DNA from: Laetmonice hystrix
Lineage: Eukaryota
Reading direction: 5' to 3'
Assembly: GCA_965235115.1 (NCBI GenBank)
Contig: OZ249436.1
Location: 21,950,001-22,014,000, forward strand
DNA length: 64,000 bases
The notes below the pieces were generated by a model. It worked only from the letters and a program-made list of their open reading frames with translations. It was not told the origin of the DNA and did no database searches. Every line of letters starts with the position of its first letter. The stretch's first letter is position 1. The position numbers and the translations under genes are program-made. Shown here piece after piece: positions 1 through 12,216 of the stretch.

Positions 1-3000
1 GCCTGCGGTGGATCCGGTGTTTTTAGCTTTGGCCAGTCAGATAGTTCCGGAGTGGCGGTGATTTTTAGACGAGGCCTTGAGTATGACATTAAATCGTCTA
101 GATGCGATGACAGTGGCAGGGTCACTTCAGTAGTGGCGGAAATAAATGGCCAGGTTTTTAATTTTATCAATATATACGCTCCAAATATTGCTGTCCAGAG
201 GAAAGCTTTTATTTCAGGCTTGGCTGACTTTGTCATGTTTGAAAGAGCTGTAATTTTGGCTGGAGATTTTAACTTTATAGAGGATGTCTTCATGGATAAG
301 AAAGGTGGGCACCCAAAGAGAGGTCTGGGGGGCAAAGTGGAAATGGAGGCCCTGGCCGGCAGATTTAATTTATTGGATGTCTTCAGACATAAAAACCCGT
401 CGAGAAAGGAATTCTCCTTTTCTGGGGCAGGAGTAGCCACCAGGCTTGACCGGTTTTATGTTACCAAGGATTTAGTCGAGAATGTTGAGAATGTTGGGTA
501 TGTTCCCTGTTCGTATTCTGATCATAAGATAGTTGACATGCAGCTATCTTGGAAGAGTATATCTGAGGACTTTCGTCATTCAGGTCTTTGGAAATGTAAT
601 GTAACGGTTTTAAAGGATATTGATTTTGTGCGAGACATGGAAATGGAGTGGCAGGTTTTAAGCCAGTCCAAAGTCAAAGATATGGTTTGGTGGGAAGACT
701 GTAAAGTCCGTTTTAAATCTTTAATAATTAAACATTCCAAGCGGTTGGCTCGACAACGTAGACAACATGTTTTGCAGCTTGAGAAGTCGATTCTTTTCTT
801 TCAAGCATTGGCTGATGGGGGCTTGGAGGATTTGGAAGGTGTAGTAGATGGTCTTAAACTGGACTTGGAGCATTTGTTAGAAGAAAAACTGAAAGGGGCT
901 AGGATAAGATCTCGTGTTCAACACGTGGAGAATGACGAAAAGCCTTCCCGTTTTTTCCTGAAGCAGGAGAAAATGAATGGAAGCGCGAAGGTTATTTCCG
1001 AACTAGAGGTTGAAGGTCGAGTCATAACTGATAAAATGGACATAGTGGCAGCTTGTCGTAACTTTTATAAATGTCTGTATACGAAGGAAGACATTGATCG
1101 AGAGGTAGCACAGAAATACCTGGATTGTCTTCCTCGGTTGGCCTCTGAAGGTAGAGCAGGGTGCGAGGGGTTTTTAAGTAAGGAGGAAGTATTTTCTTCC
1201 CTAAAGTCCATGAAGGATGGGAAAAGTCCGGGTGAGGACGGCCTCCCCCAGGAATTTTATGTTGGATTTTTTCATCTGTTTGGTGGTGATTTAGTCAATG
1301 TTTTTAATCAAGCCTTTCACGCAGGCGTCTTAGGCGAGTCCCTTAGGACAGGAGTCATTAGATTGATCTGTAAAGATGTAACAAAAAAAGAGAATTTAGG
1401 TTACTGGAGGCCTATTTCTCTTCTTAACACCGATTATAAACTTATTTCAAAGTCCATTTGTAATAGAATGGTCAAGGTTTTGGATGAAATAGTACATGAA
1501 GATCAGACGTGTGCCATTAAGGGAAGGACTATACATGATAGTTTACACTTAATTCGATCTGTCATTGACTATGCCAATGACCATGATATACCGTGTGGGA
1601 TTTTGAGTCTAGATCAGGAAAAGGCCTTTGATAGGGTTTCTCACGAGTTCCTTTTCATGGCTCTACGAAGTTATGGTTTTGGCCCCGATTTGATTAGATG
1701 GGTCCGCCTTTTGTATACGGACATTAGTTCAAGGGTGTTTGTCAATGGTATACTGTCAAATGAGTTTGAAGTCCAACGTTCGGTGAGACAAGGTTGTGGT
1801 CTGTCTCCCCTTTTATATGTTTTAGTTATCGAACCACTTGCAGTCATGATGAGAGCTAACTTCCGTATGGAAGGGCTCAAAATCCCTGGCTCACCAAGGA
1901 CGGTTCAACTTGTGCACTATGCCGACGACATGAACCCAGTTGTTACATCGGAGAGAGCAGTGAGAGTCGCTCTGGAAATTGTTAATGAGTTTGGGCGGGC
2001 ATCTGGGGCCAAGCTTAACAGACGCAAGTCAAAAGGCATGTGGGTTGGGAAGTGGAGGCACCGAAAGGGTGTTTTGCATGGTATTGATTTTAGTTGCGAA
2101 AGTTTAAAGTGTCTGGGAGTAGTTTTTGGTAGACACCAAAGTGAGTGGCAAAAATTGAATTGGGAACCGCTGGTCGAGAAATTGGCTAAAGTATTGGAAG
2201 GCTGGAAAGTTCGTAAAATGACGCTAGCAGGCAGAGCAGTTATTCTGAACACGGTGGCCTTATCCAAATTGTGGCACCAAGTCATTCATATGAATGATAA
2301 GTACATTAAGAAGTTCGAGCGTATTATCTACAAGTTTCTTTGGCCTGGTGGGGCGGAGAGGGTCCAACGAAGAGTCATGGTTCTGGATAGAGTCAGGGGA
2401 GGTGTTGGCCTCGTCGACCTTGGCTCGAAGTTGGAATCATTTCGAATTAGCCATATTGGCAAGTTATTGAGAAGCCAGCTAGCCCAGAAATGGTCCGAGT
2501 TTGCTGTTTTTTATTGTGGTTTTCAGTTGAGGGCAGAAAGGCCCGAGTTTGGGAGTAATTCTAGACCTCATGCTTGGAACATTTCTCTCTTTTACGAAAG
2601 GTGTCTTCGGGAATGGAAGAAGTTTAATGAAAGTCAGAATGTCTCTTTGCAGAGCCTTACAAGTGGCGACATTTACAAAGTGTTGACCAAGAAATGGGTC
2701 ATTGTGCCACTGGTTGCAACCAAGTCTGTGAACATTTTTGTTGATTTTAGTGTTTGTTGGAATAACTGTTGCCACTGGTTCCTCCCGTCGGAAATCAAAG
2801 AATTTGCCTGGCGGGTAGGGCAACATATACTCCCTGTTAATGACAAACTTCACAGGCACAACAAACGTTTACCTGTAAAGTGTGAACTATGTGGGGCGGG
2901 CAGGGAAACTTTAGATCACATTTTATTGCTGTGTCCAGTTGTACGTCCGGTTGCAAGGGAAGTGGAGGTCTTGATCTCAGAGATCTTGGATGCTCCATTT

Positions 3001-3300
3001 TTCCTGGACAGAGAAGTAATTTTATTCAATATTTTACCTCGGATGAGGGATCAGACACAAGGTCTAGTGTTACTTCTCTTAAATTGTTTTAAGAGGGAGG
3101 TCTGGCATCATCGTAATAGGGTTAAGTTGGGCTTGGCCAGACCTAACCCTGAGAGAGTGTGGTCGGCCCTGATGGCAGGGCTCAAGTGGAGGTTTTCTAT
3201 TGATGTGTGTCGCCCTCAAAATACAAAATGGGTAGAAGCATGGGCAGTTGGAAAGGTTTGTGCGGGAAAAGTGGGTGAGGAATTTGTCTTCCTCTTGTAG
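1..3300 (+). CDS. ORF2 (APE endonuclease + reverse transcriptase + C-terminal CCHC), N-terminus cut by window edge
   Basis: NIYAPN, LAGDFN, RLDRFY, SDH (APE); WRPISLLNTDYK, SLDQEKAFDRV, VRQGCGLSPLLY, YADD (RT); CELC..H..C; frame open from base 1. Confidence 0.95.
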   Translation, partial: ACGGSGVFSFGQSDSSGVAVIFRRGLEYDIKSSRCDDSGRVTSVVAEINGQVFNFINIYAPNIAVQRKAFISGLADFVMFERAVILAGDFNFIEDVFMDKKGGHPKRGLGGKVEMEALAGRFNLLDVFRHKNPSRKEFSFSGAGVATRLDRFYVTKDLVENVENVGYVPCSYSDHKIVDMQLSWKSISEDFRHSGLWKCNVTVLKDIDFVRDMEMEWQVLSQSKVKDMVWWEDCKVRFKSLIIKHSKRLARQRRQHVLQLEKSILFFQALADGGLEDLEGVVDGLKLDLEHLLEEKLKGARIRSRVQHVENDEKPSRFFLKQEKMNGSAKVISELEVEGRVITDKMDIVAACRNFYKCLYTKEDIDREVAQKYLDCLPRLASEGRAGCEGFLSKEEVFSSLKSMKDGKSPGEDGLPQEFYVGFFHLFGGDLVNVFNQAFHAGVLGESLRTGVIRLICKDVTKKENLGYWRPISLLNTDYKLISKSICNRMVKVLDEIVHEDQTCAIKGRTIHDSLHLIRSVIDYANDHDIPCGILSLDQEKAFDRVSHEFLFMALRSYGFGPDLIRWVRLLYTDISSRVFVNGILSNEFEVQRSVRQGCGLSPLLYVLVIEPLAVMMRANFRMEGLKIPGSPRTVQLVHYADDMNPVVTSERAVRVALEIVNEFGRASGAKLNRRKSKGMWVGKWRHRKGVLHGIDFSCESLKCLGVVFGRHQSEWQKLNWEPLVEKLAKVLEGWKVRKMTLAGRAVILNTVALSKLWHQVIHMNDKYIKKFERIIYKFLWPGGAERVQRRVMVLDRVRGGVGLVDLGSKLESFRISHIGKLLRSQLAQKWSEFAVFYCGFQLRAERPEFGSNSRPHAWNISLFYERCLREWKKFNESQNVSLQSLTSGDIYKVLTKKWVIVPLVATKSVNIFVDFSVCWNNCCHWFLPSEIKEFAWRVGQHILPVNDKLHRHNKRLPVKCELCGAGRETLDHILLLCPVVRPVAREVEVLISEILDAPFFLDREVILFNILPRMRDQTQGLVLLLLNCFKREVWHHRNRVKLGLARPNPERVWSALMAGLKWRFSIDVCRPQNTKWVEAWAVGKVCAGKVGEEFVFLL

Positions 3301-3588
3301 AATAGTTCACCCCCCCTTTTTTTTAAAGGATATGGTCGGTGCATATTGAAGGATTGTTGAAATGGTGGAGTATTCCTTGAGTGTGCAGGTTTTAATGTTT
3401 GAGTGTTGCCACTTGGGAGTTTTTAACTAGTCAACTCTAGCCTTTTTCAATTTTCCTTTTGTACTTAGTTTGCTCTTTACTATATTGTCCGGCATGTAGG
3501 CTTTAGGGTCTGGTGCCAGGGTTATCGTTAAGAGTAGTTATTGGTTTTTAGAGTCTTTTATAAATAAAAAAAAAAAAAAAAAAAAAAA
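1..3588 (+). mobile_element. Tx1-like non-LTR retrotransposon, copy A (5' part outside window), inserted in U5 snRNA gene
   Basis: ORF2 + ~265-bp 3'UTR + poly(A) joined to AAAGATTTCCGTGGGGAGG (U5 3' half); near-identical to copy at 15332-21206. Confidence 0.95.
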
Positions 3589-3660
3589 GATTTCCGTGGG
3601 GAGGAACATTACAATGAGTCTATAGACGAATTTTTGCATCCCTGCTCTCAGAGCGGGGTA
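3586..3660 (+). pseudogene. U5 snRNA 3' half (variant b) behind Tx1 poly(A)
   Basis: AAAGATTTCCGTGGGGAGGAAC...Sm site AATTTTTG...3' hairpin CCCTGCTC-TCA-GAGCGGGG. Confidence 0.93.
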
Positions 3661-4178
3661 ATTAAAAAAGGAAGAATAGTCTCCTAACGCAAACTGATTC
3701 AGACGACGAATGTTGTTTGTAAATAGGCCTAAATAAGATGGAAAAACAAAAATTGTAACATAGTAAATGAAGAAATTAAGGTTACCGCAAGGAAATATAT
3801 TCCAGTGGTTTCAGAATTATTTTAGGAACATCTCCTCAAAGAGTGGGGAATTTAATGCAAAGGAACTGCATGTTCTGCCTGAAGGCGGCATTATGTACAC
3901 GTTACAGGTATAAAATGTTTTCTTTTTATTATAAATGGTTATTCTGCCTGGAAAGAAACAAATAACACAAACACGTAATGGGCCCCCGGACGGGCGCGTT
4001 GGCAACAGAGGTAGACCTACCTGCCTGTTGTCCAAAAGATTACCTATAAATAAATTTTGCAGTTCTTGTTAAAAGGAGACTGCGCTTCAAGATACTCTAT
4101 TCTTAGCATATTTTGTCATTTGATCTGGGCCATGGCACAAATTGGGCGCTTTTGCTGTGCAATAAGTCGGCCGGGGAG

Positions 4179-6166
4179 CAGTCTCGGTAACGCCAGACTC
4201 TCAGATAAGAGAGTCTGGGAGAGTTCCGATCTTTCATTGTTACCGCATGGTGGCGCGTCGAACGTTTAGGAACATAAGCGGCTCGAGGAGGCCAGAGAAA
4301 AACAACCGACCTTTTCGCTTCACGAAAATTCGCTTGATAAAATTGCTCGACAAGACTACGTTTTACTAAGAAAAAGTCGTCATCATGTGTAAAATATGAC
4401 TCTAGGCCCCCTATTTTGGCTATAGGCCTATAGGCCGACTGATTGCATTGTGCGGTGTAGAGCGAACACCTAGGCTGTGTGCATGTCAATTGTCCGTTGA
4501 AATTTGAAAAATCCTTAATACTATCTTACTCAGTTCCTAAAGTTCTATGGTTCATACAATAAAGTTAATTGCTTATCAAACGACATATAGGCCCACTAGC
4601 CTATATGTAGGTGACCGATTAAACAGACGCTGTCTCAGGTTTGGAAATATGTGATCTATGATATAGGCCCCTATGCCGTGCTGGGCAGTGGGCGGGCGCT
4701 TACTGGCTCACCCGCCGGGAGCGACCGGTGGGGGCCAGGGGCAGGGGAGCGAGGCGGCAGGCAGGCAAGACGCCAGAGTCCATGCAAGCAGGGATGATGC
4801 CGTCCTTGCAAAACGTCTCTAGACTAGAATATAAAACACACATTCCGCCCAATAGCGCTCCAATATTAGTTACGGGTTTTCCTATTAAACCGAGGCTGTC
4901 TCAGGCTTGAAAATATGGCAGACTCTGACTGCGTAAGGTCAGACTTGCAGGCTCAGCCCGGCGGGAGTGACCGAGCCCGAGGTGGCGGCCGGCGCTGCAG
5001 GCGGGGTAGGCCTACCGAAGTCTGTGCATGCATGCACTCGGAACAGGTTTCTAGGTCATATCCGGAGGCGAAGCAGGCCTCGGATGTATGAAGCGGCCAT
5101 TTTCCCGTTTTTCGTGCAAAGTAGTGTAAAGCGGTCGCACATGAACACAAGAGTAAATAGTCGACCCCTACGCACAGGCACATAGGCCTTGTTCAAATAT
5201 AATTTCTCAGCATACCTATACCTCGAATTTTCTATCGTGGAGACAAAACAGTCTCTTCTTCACCTGGGAGGAAACCCAGATATTCTGACTTTGTATAAAG
5301 TCCGACACTAGGGAGTTCTACATTTTCGGCACGGCGGCAGCGCGCGAGTTTGTTGTTTACATCCGGGTCAGTGGTCCCGACCTAGCCACCCACCCACCCC
5401 ACCCCCCAGCATGGCGACCTTCGTCGTACAGCCGAGATATGACGGAGTCAATCGTGGGTGAGCCGAGTGTGCATGCATGATGCCGCCGTTGGAGGCTTGT
5501 ATAAAACGTCGCGAGAACGCTAAAACCAGCCGTTGATCAGCATGAGCAGACTTCCGCTAAATTTGACCAATCGGCTGCAAGACGACCGGATGCAGAATTC
5601 CTGTAGCCTACTTTTTGAAAGCCGCTTATGTCTCGGAACAACGTCACAAACAGTAGATACAAAAGGTTATGATCCACTATTTATTTTCTTCTATAATTTA
5701 ATGTAATGTTTTGGCCATTTTCAATGTTTAAAATAATTTCTGCGAATGTCTGCTTGGCATGGCAGGTTAGATATGCATGTTTCCGACAATAAAAACTCAA
5801 TTTACGTATAGGTTGAATGATTAGATTTTATTTTATCGGAGCTTCTGTTACATGACCCCAGGTGGCACCACCAAATCGACCAGAATACAGGCCTGTGATA
5901 CATAACATATTGGCTAAGATTTTCCAAGGAAAGTTAAGCAGATATTCTCTAATAATACACTGATATTATTGATCATAAAGTGAACTTTTTCTCTGTGGTA
6001 TTTGATGAGCACATTCAGGGGGGTTATATCCATTCTTGGCCCTAGATACATTCACTCCATACCTTTTTGAGGGACAACCAGCAGCCCATTGGCTAAATAG
6101 GGGGTCATGACCAAAAGCTTCCAGACCCTCTGCTAGGGCCGCTGAGGGTCTGGATAATCGAGACTG
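4179..6166. mobile_element. Non-autonomous DNA transposon, 1988 bp, ~25-bp imperfect TIR, 9-bp TSD (AcademH-like or Mutator-like)
   Basis: CAGTCTCGGTAACGCCAGACTCTCAG ... CTGAGGGTCTGGATAATCGAGACTG flanked by GCCGGGGAG twice; empty site with a single GCCGGGGAG in the sister spacer near 7215. Confidence 0.85.
5665..6112 (-). mobile_element. Solo 448-bp long direct repeat of the KolobokP-like element, 4-bp TSD AAAA
   Basis: Reverse complement of 59323-59770; ends GGTTATGATCC...GGGTCATGACC (imperfect TIR); AAAA on both sides. Confidence 0.88.
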
Positions 6167-6448
6167 GCCGGGGAGCGGTTTGACGCGTTGTCGCCAGACG
6201 GCCTTCAGTGCACAAGGCTATAGGTGGCGCTGTGGTCACCGTAAGTAAACCAAGGTATATGCTGATAACAGAAGTACATAAAAATATTAGCCTATGTTGT
6301 TTTATCATAACAAAGAAAAAGAAAAGTTCCTTCTTCTAAATCAGCATTTATTGTGAAAAATAGCAAGCTTGGATACCTTATCTCAGACCTAAGGCATTTT
6401 CCAGTAAGGACCCCCCCCCCCCCAAATGAAACATTCGTAGATGAAAAG

Positions 6449-6466
6449 ACACCATTCTGGATGAGT
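6449..6466 (+). promoter_or_regulatory. Candidate snRNA proximal sequence element (PSE)
   Basis: ACACCATTCT(G/T)GATGAGT at about -64 to -47, conserved upstream of both U5 variants; CACC core and position fit a PSE, but the match to known consensus is loose. Confidence 0.4.
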
Positions 6467-6512
6467 TAGGTACTTGAACCACTCGACACTTCCCCTGTTC
6501 AGTAAATCAGAG

Positions 6513-6634
6513 AACTCACGTTTCTCCTCATTCCACGTATAAATCTTTCGCCTTTTACTAAAGATTTCCGTGGGGAGGAACATTACAATGAGTCTATAGA
6601 CGAATTTTTGCATCCCTGCTCTAAGAGCGGGGTA
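6513..6634 (+). ncRNA. U5: U5 spliceosomal snRNA, variant a (intact)
   Basis: AAATCTTTC-GCCTTTTAC-TAAAGATTTCCGTGG (stem and invariant loop I), 5' AACTC pairing with GAGT, Sm site AATTTTTG, 3' hairpin; ~122 nt; ends approximate. Confidence 0.96.
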
Positions 6635-7558
6635 AATGAATAATGAAGAATAGTCTCCTAACGCAAACTGATTCAGACGAAGAATGTTGTTTATGAATAG
6701 GCCTAATTGGGATGGAAAATAAAAATTGTAACTAGTAAATGAAGAAAAAAAGATTACCGCAAGGAGATACATTCCAGTGCCTTTCAGAATTATTTGAGGA
6801 ACATCTCCTCAAAGGGCTGGGTATTTAAAGCGAGGGAACTGAATGTTCTGCCTGAAGGCAGCATATAGGTACACGCTACAGTTAATGTTTTCTTTTTATC
6901 ATAAATATCTATTCTGCCTGAAAAAAACCCATCAAACACGCAATGTGCCCCCGGACGGGCGCGGTGACGACAGAGGTAGACCTACCTTCCCGTTGTCCTA
7001 AAGATTACCTACACACAGAAGCCTTAGAGCGTCTGTACTCTTTTCATGGTCTCGATGTATGGATCAATTTGACAAAACCAATGCGTCTAAGACAAATAAA
7101 TTTTGCAGTCGTTCTTCAAGGCAGACTGCCCTTCAAGATGCTCTATTCTTAGCATATTTTGTCATTTGATCTGGGCCATGGCGTAAATTGGGCACTTTTG
7201 CTGTGCAATAAGTCGGCCGGGGAGCGGTTTGACACGTTGTCGCCAGACGGCCTTCAGTGCACAAGGCTAGGTGGCGCTGTGGTCACCGTAAGTAAACCAA
7301 GGTATTGCTGATAACAGAAGTTCATAAACATATTATGTTGTTTTATCATAACGAAGAAAAAGAAAAGTTCCTTCTTCTAAATCAGCATTAATTTTATTGT
7401 GAAAATAGCAAGCTTGGATACCTTATCTCAGAACTAAGGGCATTATCCTTTCAGTATTCCCAAATGAAAAAATGAAACCTTCGTAGATGAAAATACACCA
7501 TTCTTGATGAGTTAGGTACTTGAACCACTCGACACTTCCCCTCTTCAGTAAATCAGAG

Positions 7559-7680
7559 AACTCACGTTTCTCCTCATTCCACGTATAAATCTTTCGCCTT
7601 TTACTAAAGATTTCCGTGGGGAGGAACATTACAATGAGTCTATAGACGAATTTTTGCATCCCTGCTCTCAGAGCGGGGTA
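7559..7680 (+). ncRNA. U5: U5 snRNA, variant b (intact)
   Basis: As variant a; differs in 3' hairpin loop (TCA vs TAA) and in flanks. Confidence 0.96.
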
Positions 7681-8198
7681 ATTAAAAAAGAAAGAATAGT
7701 CTCCTAACGCAAACTGATTCAGACGACGAATGTTGTTTGTAAATAGGCCTAAATAAGATGGAAAAACAAAAATTGTAAAATAGTAAATGAAGAAATTAAG
7801 GTTACCGCAAGGAAATATATTCCAGTGGTTTCAGAATTATTTTAGGAACATCTCCTCAAAGAGTGGGGAATTTAATGCAAAGGAACTGCATGTTCTGCCT
7901 GAAGGCGGCATTATGTACACGTTACAGGTATAAAATGTTTTCTTTTTATTATAAATGGTTATTCTGCCTGGAAAGAAACAAATAACACAAACACGTAATG
8001 GGCCCCCGGACGGGCGCGTTGGCAACAGAGGTAGACCTACCTGCCTGTTGTCCAAAAGATTACCTATAAATAAATTTTGCAGTTCTTGTTAAAAGGAGAC
8101 TGCGCTTCAAGATACTCTATTCTTAGCATATGTTGTCATTTGATCTGGGCCATGGCACAAATTGGGCGCTTTTGCTGTGCAATAAGTCGGCCGGGGAG

Positions 8199-10186
8199 CA
8201 GTCTCGGTAACGCCAGACTCTCAGATAAGAGAGTCTGGGAGAGTTCCGATCTTTCATTGTTACCGCATGGTGGCGCGTCGAACGTTTAGGAACATAAGCG
8301 GCTCGAGGAGGCCAGAGAAAAACAACCGACCTTTTCGCTTCACGAAAATTCGCTTGATAAAATTGCTCAACAAGACTACGTTTTACTAAGAAAAAGTCGT
8401 CATCATGTGTAAAATATGACTCTAGGCCCCCTATTTTGGCTATAGGCCTATAGGCCGACTGATTGCATTGTGCGGTGTAAAGCGAACACCTAGGCTGTGT
8501 GCATGTCAATTGTCCGTTGAAATTTGAAAAATCCTTAATACTATCTTACTCAGTTCCTAAAGTTCTATGGTTCATACAATAAAGTTAATTGCTTATCAAA
8601 CGACATATAGGCCCACTAGCCTATATGTAGGTGACCGATTAAACAGACGCTGTCTCAGGTTTGGAAATATGTGATCTATGATATAGGCCCCTATGCCGTG
8701 CTGGGCAGTGGGCGGGCGCTTACTGGCTCACCCGCCGGGAGCGACCGGTGGGGGCCAGGGGCAGGGGAGCGAGGCGGCAGGCAGGCAAGACGCCAGAGTC
8801 CATGCAAGCAGGGATGATGCCGTCCTTGCAAAACGTCTCTAGACTAGAATATAAAACACACATTCCGCCCAATAGCGCTCCAATATTAGTTACGGGTTTT
8901 CCTATTAAACCGAGGCTGTCTCAGGCTTGAAAATATGGCAGACTCTGACTGCGTAAGGTCAGACTTGCAGGCTCAGCCCGGCGGGAGTGACCGAGCCCGA
9001 GGTGGCGGCCGGCGCTGCAGGCGGGGTAGGCCTACCGAAGTCTGTGCATGCATGCACTCGGAACAGGTTTCTAGGTCATATCCGGAGGCGAAGCAGGCCT
9101 CGGATGTATGAAGCGGCCATTTTCCCGTTTTTCGTGCAAAGTAGTGTAAAGCGGTCGCACATGAACACAAGAGTAAATAGTCGACCCCTACGCACAGGCA
9201 CATAGGCCTTGTTCAAATATAATTTCTCAGCATACCTATACCTCGAATTTTCTATCGTGGAGACAAAACAGTCTCTTCTTCACCTGGGAGGAAACCCAGA
9301 TATTCTGACTTTGTATAAAGTCCGACACTAGGGAGTTCTACATTTTCGGCACGGCGGCAGCGCGCGAGTTTGTTGTTTACATCCGGGTCAGTGGTCCCGA
9401 CCTAGCCACCCACCCACCCCACCCCCCAGCATGGCGACCTTCGTCGTACAGCCGAGATATGACGGAGTCAATCGTGGGTGAGCCGAGTGTGCATGCATGA
9501 TGCCGCCGTTGGAGGCTTGTATAAAACGTCGCGAGAACGCTAAAACCAGCCGTTGATCAGCATGAGCAGACTTCCGCTAAATTTGACCAATCGGCTGCAA
9601 GACGACCGGATGCAGAATTCCTGTAGCCTACTTTTTGAAAGCCGCTTATGTCTCGGAACAACGTCACAAACAGTAGATACAAAAGGTTATGATCCACTAT
9701 TTATTTTCTTCTATAATTTAATGTAATGTTTTGGCCATTTTCAATGTTTAAAATAATTTCTGCGAATGTCTGCTTGGCATGGCAGGTTAGATATGCATGT
9801 TTCCGACAATAAAAACTCAATTTACGTATAGGTTGAATGATTAGATTTTATTTTATCGGAGCTTCTGTTACATGACCCCAGGTGGCACCACCAAATCGAC
9901 CAGAATACAGGCCTGTGATACATAACATATTGGCTAAGATTTTCCAAGGAAAGTTAAGCAGATATTCTCTAATAATACACTGATATTATTGATCATATAG
10001 TGAACTTTTTCTCTGTGGTATTTGATGAGCACATTCAGGGGGGTTATATCCATTCTTGGCCCTAGATACATTCACTCCATACCTTTTTGAGGGACAACCA
10101 GCAGCCCATTGACTAAATAGGGGGTCATGACCAAAAGCTTCCAGACCCTCTGCTAGGGCCGCTGAGGGTCTGGATAATCGAGACTG
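8199..10186. mobile_element. Non-autonomous TIR transposon, 9-bp TSD (copy 2)
   Basis: Same as 4179-6166. Confidence 0.85.
9685..10132 (-). mobile_element. Solo KolobokP-like long direct repeat (copy 2)
   Basis: Same as 5665-6112. Confidence 0.88.
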
Positions 10187-10530
10187 GCCGGGGAGCGGTT
10201 TGACGCGTTGTCGCCAGACGGCCTTCAGTGCACAAGGCTATAGGTGGCGCTGTGGTCACCGTAAGTAAACCAAGGTATATGCTGATAACAGAAGTACATA
10301 AAAATATTAGCCTATGTTGTTTTATCATAACAAAGAAAAAGAAAAGTTCCTTCTTCTAAATCAGCATTTATTGTGAAAAATAGCAAGCTTGGATACCTTA
10401 TCTCAGACCTAAGGCATTTTCCAGTAAGGACCCCCCCCCCCAAATGAAACATTCGTAGATGAAAAGACACCATTCTGGATGAGTTAGGTACTTGAACCAC
10501 TCGACACTTCCCCTGTTCAGTAAATCAGAG

Positions 10531-10652
10531 AACTCACGTTTCTCCTCATTCCACGTATAAATCTTTCGCCTTTTACTAAAGATTTCCGTGGGGAGGAACA
10601 TTACAATGAGTCTATAGACGAATTTTTGCATCCCTGCTCTAAGAGCGGGGTA
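10531..10652 (+). ncRNA. U5: U5 snRNA, variant a (intact)
   Basis: Identical to 6513-6634. Confidence 0.96.
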
Positions 10653-11576
10653 AATGAATAATGAAGAATAGTCTCCTAACGCAAACTGATTCAGACGAAG
10701 AATGTTGTTTATGAATAGGCCTAATTGGGATGGAAAATAAAAATTGTAACTAGTAAATGAAGAAAAAAAGATTACCGCAAGGAGATACATTCCAGTGCCT
10801 TTCAGAATTATTTGAGGAACATCTCCTCAAAGGGCTGGGTATTTAAAGCGAGGGAACTGAATGTTCTGCCTGAAGGCAGCATATAGGTACACGCTACAGT
10901 TAATGTTTTCTTTTTATCATAAATATCTATTCTGCCTGAAAAAAACCCATCAAACACGCAATGTGCCCCCGGACGGGCGCGGTGACGACAGAGGTAGACC
11001 TACCTTCCCGTTGTCCTAAAGATTACCTACACACAGAAGCCTTAGAGCGTCTGTACTCTTTTCATGGTCTCGATGTATGGATCAATTTGACAAAACCAAT
11101 GCGTCTAAGACAAATAAATTTTGCAGTCGTTCTTCAAGGCAGACTGCCCTTCAAGATGCTCTATTCTTAGCATATTTTGTCATTTGATCTGGGCCATGGC
11201 GTAAATTGGGCACTTTTGCTGTGCAATAAGTCGGCCGGGGAGCGGTTTGACACGTTGTCGCCAGACGGCCTTCAGTGCACAAGGCTAGGTGGCGCTGTGG
11301 TCACCGTAAGTAAACCAAGGTATTGCTGATAACAGAAGTTCATAAACATATTATGTTGTTTTATCATAACGAAGAAAAAGAAAAGTTCCTTCTTCTAAAT
11401 CAGCATTAATTTTATTGTGAAAATAGCAAGCTTGGATACCTTATCTCAGAACTAAGGGCATTATCCTTTCAGTATTCCCAAATGAAAAAATGAAACCTTC
11501 GTAGATGAAAATACACCATTCTTGATGAGTTAGGTACTTGAACCACTCGACACTTCCCCTCTTCAGTAAATCAGAG

Positions 11577-11698
11577 AACTCACGTTTCTCCTCATTCCAC
11601 GTATAAATCTTTCGCCTTTTACTAAAGATTTCCGTGGGGAGGAACATTACAATGAGTCTATAGACGAATTTTTGCATCCCTGCTCTCAGAGCGGGGTA
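11577..11698 (+). ncRNA. U5: U5 snRNA, variant b (intact)
   Basis: Identical to 7559-7680. Confidence 0.96.
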
Positions 11699-12216
11699 AT
11701 TAAAAAAGAAAGAATAGTCTCCTAACGCAAACTGATTCAGACGACGAATGTTGTTTGTAAATAGGCCTAAATAAGATGGAAAAACAAAAATTGTAAAATA
11801 GTAAATGAAGAAATTAAGGTTACCGCAAGGAAATATATTCCAGTGGTTTCAGAATTATTTTAGGAACATCTCCTCAAAGAGTGGGGAATTTAATGCAAAG
11901 GAACTGCATGTTCTGCCTGAAGGCGGCATTATGTACACGTTACAGGTATAAAATGTTTTCTTTTTATTATAAATGGTTATTCTGCCTGGAAAGAAACAAA
12001 TAACACAAACACGTAATGGGCCCCCGGACGGGCGCGTTGGCAACAGAGGTAGACCTACCTGCCTGTTGTCCAAAAGATTACCTATAAATAAATTTTGCAG
12101 TTCTTGTTAAAAGGAGACTGCGCTTCAAGATACTCTATTCTTAGCATATTTTGTCATTTGATCTGGGCCATGGCACAAATTGGGCGCTTTTGCTGTGCAA
12201 TAAGTCGGCCGGGGAG

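Noticed and set aside
3817..6308. 60-128-aa ORFs in the 4-kb unit
   Set aside because: Repeated only because the DNA is repeated; no recognisable domains; several cross transposon boundaries
6650..6672. snRNA 3' box (GTCTCCTAACGCAAACTGA)
   Set aside because: Position fits and it is shared by variants a, b and d, but similarity to the known consensus is too weak to call
6389..7659. Minus-strand ORFs (MYLLAV..., MQKFVYRL...) repeated in each unit
   Set aside because: Antisense to U5 genes; reading frame changes with C-run length between units; no protein motifs
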